A DNA stretch of 64,000 nucleotides from Candidatus Harrisonbacteria bacterium. Lineage in GTDB: Bacteria > Patescibacteriota > Minisyncoccia > UBA6257 > 02-FULL-45-10c. The position numbers and the translations under genes were made by a program. Of the stretch, positions 57,264-64,000 are shown one piece after another. The notes under the pieces are model-generated. The model was not told the origin of the DNA, did no database searches, and was given only the letters and a program-made list of their open reading frames with translations. The DNA lies in contig JACROC010000007.1 in assembly GCA_016214655.1 (NCBI GenBank), forward strand, positions 130,647-194,646, written 5' to 3'. Numbering within the stretch: position 1 is the stretch's first letter; the number at the start of each line of letters is the position of its first letter.

Positions 57264-58331
57264 ATGTCAAGTATAAATAAAAAATTGAGAGTTGGGATTT
57301 TGGGTGCCACCGGAATGGTTGGCCAGCGGTTTATCTCGCTTTTGGAAAATCATCCGTGGTTTGAAGTGGTGTGTTTAGCAGCTTCTCCGCAATCAGCTGG
57401 AAAATCGTATCAAGAAGCAGCTGGGGGGCGATGGAGTATGAAAAACCCTATTCCCGAAAAAAATCGTGATATGAAATTACAAGCCGTAGAAGAAGATTTT
57501 AATGAAATTATAAAAAAGGTTGATTTAGTTTTTTCCGCGATTGATATGGATAAAGAAAAAATTAAAGAAATTGAAGCGCGATACGCTGCGGCGGGTGCGG
57601 CAGTTATTTCCAATAATTCTGCGCATCGGTGGACCGAGGACGTGCCAATGGTGATACCCGAAATTAATGCTCATCATTTATCTTTGATCGACATTCAAAG
57701 GAAAAATCGCAGCTGGAAAAGTGGATTGCTAGTGGTAAAGCCGAATTGTTCTTTGCAGTCATATCTTCCAGTGGTGTATGCGCTTAAAGAATTTAAGCCG
57801 AAATATGTTTTGGTCACAACTTTACAGGCAATATCCGGCGCTGGTAAAACTTTTGAATCATGGCCGGAAATGGTAGATAACTGCACCCCTTTTATAAAAG
57901 GCGAGGAGGAAAAGACAGAAAAGGAACCGATGAAAATTTGGGGCGAAGATTGCCCGGTTATTTCCGCAACTTGCATCCGGGTTGCGGCCTCAGATGGCCA
58001 TATGGCTAGCGTTTCAGTGGAGTTTGAGAATAAACCAACGCTGGAGCAGATACGTAATGCGATTGATAATTTCTCAAATCCGCTTAACGAGTTAAATCTT
58101 CCTTCCGCGCCCGAAAAATTCATTAAATATTTTACCGAAGATGATCGTCCGCAGACTAAGTTAGACCGCGATTATGCTGGCGGTATGGGAATTACTTGCG
58201 GGAGATTTCGGGAAGATGGCAAATATGGGTGGAAATTTGTTGCACTTTCCCATAATACGATCCGTGGCGCAGCTGGTGGAGCGGTGCTGATTGCGGAATT
58301 GCTTCATAAAAAAGGATATTTAAATATTTAG
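57264..58331 (+). CDS. asd: Aspartate-semialdehyde dehydrogenase
   Basis: ILGATGMVGQRF, PNCS, QAISGAG, EEEK, HNTIRGAAG. Confidence 0.95.
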   Translation: MSSINKKLRVGILGATGMVGQRFISLLENHPWFEVVCLAASPQSAGKSYQEAAGGRWSMKNPIPEKNRDMKLQAVEEDFNEIIKKVDLVFSAIDMDKEKIKEIEARYAAAGAAVISNNSAHRWTEDVPMVIPEINAHHLSLIDIQRKNRSWKSGLLVVKPNCSLQSYLPVVYALKEFKPKYVLVTTLQAISGAGKTFESWPEMVDNCTPFIKGEEEKTEKEPMKIWGEDCPVISATCIRVAASDGHMASVSVEFENKPTLEQIRNAIDNFSNPLNELNLPSAPEKFIKYFTEDDRPQTKLDRDYAGGMGITCGRFREDGKYGWKFVALSHNTIRGAAGGAVLIAELLHKKGYLNI

Positions 58332-58358
58332 TGATTAGCGACTAGCCATTAGCGACTG
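58330..58358. repeat. Heptamer array (TAGCGAY)
   Basis: tagtgat tagcgac tagccat tagcgac; reverse-complement-like to 27597-27621. Confidence 0.65.
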
Positions 58359-58378
58359 GAATTTGTATCATAAGAGAT

Positions 58379-58876
58379 ATGAAGGGTGTTACCTTAATTG
58401 GTATGCCAGGCTCGGGTAAGTCTACGGTCGGTAAATTACTTGCTAGCAGGCTTAATTTGAATTTTGTTGACTTAGACCTTTTGATTAAAGAAAAAACCGG
58501 TAAAACTCATCAGGAAATCTTGGAAAAAAGCGGAGATAAAGAATTACTAAAATTAGAAGAGCAATATACGCTTCAGTTAAACTTTGCCAATACCGTATTT
58601 TCTCCCGGCGGGAGCATTATTTATTCTCCGGCGGCGATGGCAAAATTGATCCGAGAAACAAATATTTTTTATTTAAATTTGCCGTTGGAAGAAATCAAGA
58701 AGCGTTTAGGAGAAAATATCGATTATCGCGGAATTGTCGGTCTGAAAGAAAAAGGCATTGAGGGGCTTTTTGAAGAACGCGTGCCGGCGTACCAATCTTG
58801 CGCGCATTATACGCTGGATTGCCACGGTTTTGATGAAAAAAGAATAGCGGAAGGAATTTTATGGCTGCTCAATTAA
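58379..58876 (+). CDS. Shikimate-kinase-fold kinase, probable non-canonical homoserine kinase
   Basis: LIGMPGSGKSTVG, DLD, SPGGS, RG; sits between asd and thrC and overlaps the thrC start. Confidence 0.75.
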   Translation: MKGVTLIGMPGSGKSTVGKLLASRLNLNFVDLDLLIKEKTGKTHQEILEKSGDKELLKLEEQYTLQLNFANTVFSPGGSIIYSPAAMAKLIRETNIFYLNLPLEEIKKRLGENIDYRGIVGLKEKGIEGLFEERVPAYQSCAHYTLDCHGFDEKRIAEGILWLLN

Positions 58877-60192
58877 AGTTTTATAGTACAAATAAAAAAT
58901 CGCCTCGTGCTGATTTTAAACAAGTACTTATGCAAGGACTCGCCTCAGATGGCGGTCTTTTTGTGCCGGAGTTTTTCCCAAAATTGGAAAAGGGGTTTCT
59001 AGCCAATATCCGGGAAAAAGAATTTTGGGAGATTGCCTTAGAAATCAGCCAAAAGTTTATTCAGGATATTCCGCCAAAAGAATTAAAAAAAATCATCAAA
59101 GACTCTTTTAATTTTGAGGTACCACTGAAGCAATTAGATAATAATCTGTATATTTTAGAGTTATTTCATGGGCCAACATTAGCTTTTAAAGATTTTGGAG
59201 CGCGGTTTATGTCCCGGCTCATGAATTATTATTTGCGCCGCGAAAAGGAAAAATTAAACATCATCGTCGCTACTTCCGGGGATACCGGAAGTGCAGTTGC
59301 GCAAGGATTTTACGGATTATCTAATATTAAAGTTTTTATATTATACCCAAGCAAGCGTATTACCCCGCTGCAAGAAAAACAAATGACTACGCTCGGTAAA
59401 AATATTATTGCATTAGAAGTAAAAGGAAATTTTGATGATTGCCAAAAATTAGCTAAGCAAATACTTACTGATGGAGAATTAAAAAAGAAAATTAATTTGT
59501 CCTCTGCCAATTCCATTAATTTCGGCCGCCTACTCCCCCAATCTTTTTATTATTTTTACGGTTTTGCTCAATATGGTGGTCATTGCAAGACTTTAAAATT
59601 AAGGTCTTGCGATGACCTTATATTTGCTGTTCCAAGTGGGAATTTTGGTAATTTAACTGCCGGCTTGATGGCAAAACGCATGGGGCTCCCGGTGAGACAA
59701 TTTATAGCCGCCACTAATGCAAATGATATTGTGCCGCGTTATCTTAAGACTGGCAAATTTGTTTCACGCGTTTCCCGCAAAACAATTTCTAATGCTATGG
59801 ACGTTGGAAATCCGAGTAATTTTGTGAGGATGTTGGAAATGTATAGTCATGATTATAAAAAGATGGCTAAGGATATTATCGGGGTAAGTATTGGCGATCA
59901 ACAAACCCGTGAAACAATCAAAAATGTTTATCGCAAAATCGGATATATATTAGATCCGCATACTGCAGTTGGTGTTGCGGCGGCGCAAAAAAGTAATGTT
60001 TCACAGCCCATTATTGTTTTGAGTACTGCCCACCCGGCTAAATTTAAGGAGATAGTTGAACCCGTTATCGGCAAGAAAATTCTGTTGCCCGATCAACTAA
60101 AAGCGGTGATGAATAAAAAGAAAAGATCTATCATCATTAAAAATGATTTAGCTTCTGTGAGAAAGATTATTTTGGAGAAAAATTCGGCTTGA
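58861..60192 (+). CDS. thrC: Threonine synthase
   Basis: GLASDGGL, ELFHGPTLAFKDFG, ATSGDTGSA, SANSIN.GR, PSGNFGN, TAHPAKF. Confidence 0.95.
   Translation: MAAQLKFYSTNKKSPRADFKQVLMQGLASDGGLFVPEFFPKLEKGFLANIREKEFWEIALEISQKFIQDIPPKELKKIIKDSFNFEVPLKQLDNNLYILELFHGPTLAFKDFGARFMSRLMNYYLRREKEKLNIIVATSGDTGSAVAQGFYGLSNIKVFILYPSKRITPLQEKQMTTLGKNIIALEVKGNFDDCQKLAKQILTDGELKKKINLSSANSINFGRLLPQSFYYFYGFAQYGGHCKTLKLRSCDDLIFAVPSGNFGNLTAGLMAKRMGLPVRQFIAATNANDIVPRYLKTGKFVSRVSRKTISNAMDVGNPSNFVRMLEMYSHDYKKMAKDIIGVSIGDQQTRETIKNVYRKIGYILDPHTAVGVAAAQKSNVSQPIIVLSTAHPAKFKEIVEPVIGKKILLPDQLKAVMNKKKRSIIIKNDLASVRKIILEKNSA
59578..59617. repeat. 40 bp hairpin inside thrC
   Basis: ggtcattgcaagactttaa-aa-ttaaggtcttgcgatgacc; encodes GHCKTLKLRSCDD. 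Confidence 0.75.
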
Positions 60193-60251
60193 CCTTTGAC
60201 CTTATTTTGCCCTAGTCTTTAATCATTGTTCTTTGAAATTGGGATCAAGAA

Positions 60252-61832
60252 ATGACCTTGAATCAGGTTTTTGACCGTGCTGTTAAAGAATATCCCAACA
60301 ATGCTGCCTTGATATTTTATGGAAAGAGAATTAGTTATCAGGATTTGCAAAAGCAAGTCGATCGGCTGGCGGCCGCGCTCCAGAATGCCGGTGTCAAAAA
60401 GGGTGATCGGGTGGCAATCATGCTCCCAAATTGTCCGCAAAACGTAATTTCCTATTTCGCTACTTTAAAAGCCGGCGGTATCGTGGCTCAATTTAATCCG
60501 CAGTACACCGCAGAAGAAGTTGCTGCACAATTGAAGGATTCCGGCGCTAAAATTTTAATCGGCTTGGATCTTTTTTCTGACCGATATTCAAAACTTGAAG
60601 GTGTCAATCTAGATGTTTTGGTTCTTGCTTCAATTGGTGAATACCTGCCATTTCCGTTGAATTGGCTATATTGGTTTAAAGAAAGACGGGATATACCGAA
60701 AAAGCCGGAAAACTTCATCGTTTCTCCGTTTAATAAATTTTTAAAATCCGGAGATGTTAGGAGACTTAGGAAAGCACATGTTTATTTTCCGGATGTGGCG
60801 GTTCTGCAATATACCGGCGGAACTACTGGTGTTCCGAAGGCCGCCGTACTTACGCACTCAAATCTAGTTTGGAACCTTATGCAAGTTGAAGAATTTTTTC
60901 CGGGATTGCAAAAGGAGAAAGAAATTATGCTGGCCGCGCCTCCGCTCTTTCATGTTTTTGCGATGACAGTTTGCCAGAACTTAATGGTAAGTTTAGGCGG
61001 CACTATTGTATTAGTTCCTAATCCGAGAGACTTAGGGTCCGTGATGAAAGCGATTCAAGAATACCGGCCAACAATTTTTCCCGGAGTGCCGCGGCTTTTC
61101 GCGGCAGTGAACGCTTATTTGGGGAAAAGAAAAGATGTTGATATGTCTTCAATTAAATATTGCATTTCCGGATCTGCTAAGCTGCCGGTTGAAGTTTTAG
61201 AAAGATTTGAGGAATTAACTGGCGCGCTTTTGGTAGAGGGCTATGGCCTTTCGGAGACGTCGCCGGTCGCGATTTGTAATCCGTTGGATCGTAATAAGCG
61301 CAGGAAGGGATCAATCGGTGTGCTGGTGCCAAATACGAAGGCTAAAATTATTGATGAATCCGGCGAGTTGGCGCTTAGTGGTCCACAGGTAATGAGGGGA
61401 TATTGGAATAAGCCGGAAGAAACAGAAAAAGTGCTGAAAATTATTGATGGTGAGCGATGGTTTTATACCGGTGATGTGGCAAAAAAAGATGGAGATGGCT
61501 ATTACTATATAGTTGATCGCATTAAAGATATGATTAATGTCGGAGGAGAGAAGGTTTTCTCGTTAGAAGTGGAAGAAGTATTAAGTAAGTGCCCCGGAGT
61601 TCAGGAAGTCGCAGTGGTCGGCATTAAAAATAGCCGAGGCAGCGAAGAGGTAAGAGGCTTTATTGTGAAAAAGGATTCTTCAATAAATGATGAAGAAATG
61701 GCAAGCCAACTTAAAGAGTTTGGCCGAGATAAACTTGCACCATACAAGATTCCAGTGAAGTTCGTATTTTTGGCCGAAATTCCAAAGACTGCGATAGGCA
61801 AAACTGATAAGAAAAAACTGAGACAAACGTAA
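60252..61832 (+). CDS. Long-chain fatty acid--CoA ligase (AMP-binding family)
   Basis: YTGGTTGVPK, EGYGLSETSP, YTGD, DRIKDMI, GKTDK. Confidence 0.88.
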   Translation: MTLNQVFDRAVKEYPNNAALIFYGKRISYQDLQKQVDRLAAALQNAGVKKGDRVAIMLPNCPQNVISYFATLKAGGIVAQFNPQYTAEEVAAQLKDSGAKILIGLDLFSDRYSKLEGVNLDVLVLASIGEYLPFPLNWLYWFKERRDIPKKPENFIVSPFNKFLKSGDVRRLRKAHVYFPDVAVLQYTGGTTGVPKAAVLTHSNLVWNLMQVEEFFPGLQKEKEIMLAAPPLFHVFAMTVCQNLMVSLGGTIVLVPNPRDLGSVMKAIQEYRPTIFPGVPRLFAAVNAYLGKRKDVDMSSIKYCISGSAKLPVEVLERFEELTGALLVEGYGLSETSPVAICNPLDRNKRRKGSIGVLVPNTKAKIIDESGELALSGPQVMRGYWNKPEETEKVLKIIDGERWFYTGDVAKKDGDGYYYIVDRIKDMINVGGEKVFSLEVEEVLSKCPGVQEVAVVGIKNSRGSEEVRGFIVKKDSSINDEEMASQLKEFGRDKLAPYKIPVKFVFLAEIPKTAIGKTDKKKLRQT

Positions 61833-61833
61833 G

Positions 61834-61854
61834 ACCGCCTAACGGCGGTTTTTG
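61834..61854. terminator. Intrinsic terminator
   Basis: accgcc-taac-ggcggttttt. Confidence 0.7.
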
Positions 61855-61866
61855 ATTTAAGTCTTC

Positions 61867-61941
61867 TGGAGCGGGTAACGGGAGTCGAACCCGTATCTTA
61901 ACCTTGGCAAGGTTACATAATAGCCGCTATACGATACCCGC
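61867..61941 (-). tRNA. tRNA-Gly(GCC)
   Basis: GCGGGTA acceptor, TAACC-TT GCC AA-GGTTA, GTTCGACTC, T discriminator + CCA. Confidence 0.95.
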
Positions 61942-62052
61942 AGTTGTTTATTATTTTATCAGCGATTATCTGTATTTTCAAGTAATAAAAAAATCCCCCA
62001 CATAAGTACTTTTGTGGGGGAGGCGTACCTTGATTTATTGACATTTCCGAAC

Positions 62053-62127
62053 TGGTGCGCTCGCGAGGAATCGAACCTCGATTACAAGATCCGCAATCTT
62101 GTGTCCTATCCGTTGAACGACGAGCGC
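62053..62127 (-). tRNA. tRNA-Arg(GCG)
   Basis: GCGCTCG acceptor, CAAGA-TT GCG GA-TCTTG, GTTCGATTC, encoded CCA. Confidence 0.93.
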
Positions 62128-62198
62128 AGCTAATAAATTATTGTAAACTATGATTTTGTCGCGGTAAAGGATCCACCTTTTAATTTAGAGATGACTCT

Positions 62199-62678
62199 TT
62201 AAAATCCGATCATTTTGGAAATCGCATCAGTCAGCGATTCTTCATATTCTATTTCTGGCAGATATTTTTTTAATAACTCTTTTATTTCCGGGATTTCCGC
62301 ATCCTCTAATAGAATTTTTAAGTAAGGATGTAATTTTGTTTTGGTTTTTAAGATCAGCTCCGTTCTATCGTGGCTTTCCAAAATATGGAATCCGGACAGT
62401 TCTTCATAGCCGTAAAATTTTATTTTTCCGATCTGCAGCCCCTTCCTATTAAGTTTGAATTCAATATTTTTCGGAAATTCTTTCGCCCACATGATAGTCA
62501 TGGCTTCGGCAATGACAATAAACATCGCGAAAAGCAGGTTTCTTTGCCAGAGGGCGATTAGAAATATAATCCCGGCTGCTATGAGAGTCAGCCAATACCA
62601 CCCTACGTCTTTGTGAACGTATCTAAATTCCGGAGCGGTCCAGGATATTTCTTTTTTTTCATCGAGTGTCGGGTCCAT
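62199..62678 (-). CDS. Conserved-looking hypothetical membrane protein
   Basis: WTAPEF...WYW, two TM, C-terminal soluble domain; overlaps the ddl stop. Confidence 0.7.
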   Translation of the reverse strand: MDPTLDEKKEISWTAPEFRYVHKDVGWYWLTLIAAGIIFLIALWQRNLLFAMFIVIAEAMTIMWAKEFPKNIEFKLNRKGLQIGKIKFYGYEELSGFHILESHDRTELILKTKTKLHPYLKILLEDAEIPEIKELLKKYLPEIEYEESLTDAISKMIGF

Positions 62679-63624
62679 GTTTTTGGAGGGCGGATCTGAT
62701 TATTAATTCCAATAATTGAGGGAATTCAATCCCCATTGCTTTAGTTTGCTGCGGCAAAAGACTTGCTTCAGTCATGCCCGGGATAGTGTTCACCTCCAGG
62801 ATATGAAGATTATCTCCTTGTAATATCATATCAGTTCGGGACATGCCGGAACAGTTAAGGAGTTTATGGGCTTTAAGCGCTGCCATTTGAATTTGGCGGA
62901 TAGTTCTGTCTGGAAGTCTGGGCGGGGTTATTTCTTCGGAGCCATTTGTGTTATATTTCGCGTAATAATCAAAGTATTCGCTGGTTTTCGGTGTTATTTC
63001 CGTCGGTACCAGCGGGATCGGATTTCCATTAATTTCTAAAACTCCACAAGTCAGTTCTTTCCCTTGAATATAGTTTTGCGCGATCGCGGTGTTTGAATAT
63101 TGAAAGGCGTTGGTCAACGCTTTTTTAAGCTCCTGATTTTTTCGGACAATACTGATTCCGACGCTGGATCCCCGGTCAGCCGGTTTTATTACGAAAGGGG
63201 TTTTGAAATTTTTATTAATAACCCAATCAAGATAAGGATCGGTTTTTGATAGGGAGATGGATTTTGGAGTTAGAAGGCCGTTCTTGGTTAAAAGCAGCGC
63301 AGTTTTTTGTTTATTCATCGCCAGGGCGCTGGCAATCGGATCAGATCCGGTATAGGGAATTTGAAAAGTTTCTAAGGTTCCTTGTAATTGCCCGTCTTCG
63401 CCGTATTCCCCGTGCATGGCTATAAAAGCGACACCGCATTTTTCTTTGAGATCTGCCAAGGATATCGGCCAGGTTCCATCTTTTTCTATTTTTATCGGAA
63501 AGGCAGTAAACTTCCGCTTATCTAAATTTTTTATTACCATTTCTCCGGTTTTCAAAGAAACCTCATACTCGGAGGATGGTCCGCCCATTAAGACCGCAAC
63601 TCTTATTTTCTTATTCTTAACCAT
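62659..63624 (-). CDS. ddl: D-alanine--D-alanine ligase
   Basis: GGPSSEYEVS, HGEYGEDG, GSSVG, FDYYAKY, EVNTIPGMT..S; start 63624 or 63633. Confidence 0.95.
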   Translation of the reverse strand: MVKNKKIRVAVLMGGPSSEYEVSLKTGEMVIKNLDKRKFTAFPIKIEKDGTWPISLADLKEKCGVAFIAMHGEYGEDGQLQGTLETFQIPYTGSDPIASALAMNKQKTALLLTKNGLLTPKSISLSKTDPYLDWVINKNFKTPFVIKPADRGSSVGISIVRKNQELKKALTNAFQYSNTAIAQNYIQGKELTCGVLEINGNPIPLVPTEITPKTSEYFDYYAKYNTNGSEEITPPRLPDRTIRQIQMAALKAHKLLNCSGMSRTDMILQGDNLHILEVNTIPGMTEASLLPQQTKAMGIEFPQLLELIIRSALQKHGPDTR

Positions 63625-63702
63625 TACCTTCATTATAGCTTTTTAGAACTTATTTCAATAATGATTTTGTGATAAAAACGCCCAAGTGATTTTGGGCGTA
63701 AA

Positions 63703-64000
63703 TTAATACTCAGTTTCTTTTCTTAATTTCTTTTTTTTCGACTGGCGGTGCTTTTCTCCGAGTCTTTGCTCTTTGGCGGATTTCGGAACTTTGGTCGGCC
63801 TTCTTTCCGGGACGACTTCTAGAGAGTTATCCACCAGATCGTGCAGGATTTCAACGGCCGTGGTGCGATTAGCGGCTTGAGTTCTCTCGGTTTGCGAATA
63901 AACCATCAGGTCGCCTTCATCGTTAATGCGATTCTTTAATTTTTCACGGAGTAGTGTCCTTTGATCGTTAGTAAGAGCCGGAGAGTTTTCAAAATTCCAT
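63703..64000 (-). CDS. arfB: Alternative ribosome-rescue peptidyl-tRNA hydrolase, C-terminal part
   Basis: SQTERTQAANR...RRPTK...RL..K...S.KK.LR basic tail; the GGQ region lies beyond the window. Confidence 0.8.
   Translation of the reverse strand, partial: WNFENSPALTNDQRTLLREKLKNRINDEGDLMVYSQTERTQAANRTTAVEILHDLVDNSLEVVPERRPTKVPKSAKEQRLGEKHRQSKKKKLRKETEY

Noticed and set aside
58379-58876. aroK annotation
   Set aside because: Fold fits, but the context (asd-X-thrC, no thrB, no aro genes) favours homoserine kinase, so no symbol was assigned.

Overview
A 64 kb chromosomal segment, moderately AT-rich, whose gene content and style point to a Patescibacteria (CPR, Parcubacteria-like) genome (inference: TrbC/VirB2-like pilin array, rpsO-NYN-pnp, gyrA without adjacent gyrB, tig-clpP, membrane PPase, tRNA-Ile(UAU), tRNA-Arg(GCG)). 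Housekeeping genes (rsmA, pcrA, comM, pnp, rpsO, xer, gyrA, rpsA, ftsH, nusA, hppA, tig, clpP, tyrS, ddl, arfB) and five tRNAs alternate with stand-alone accessory genes. The main points of interest are: (1) a ~145-nt multi-stem repeat in three copies with compensatory changes; (2) many period-7 and period-9 repeat arrays, often in inverted pairs, some lying inside conserved genes without breaking the frame; (3) accessory genes sharing a promoter + boxA-like motif + strong SD + terminator layout, while many core genes look leaderless; (4) an apparently complete threonine pathway with a Thr/Ile leader-peptide attenuator and a shikimate-kinase-fold gene in the place of thrB; (5) an HTH/LAGLIDADG-like gene bounded by tRNA-Val and a degenerate copy of its 3' end; (6) a free-standing LAGLIDADG gene among parS-like half sites. 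All calls are by eye; no searches were run.
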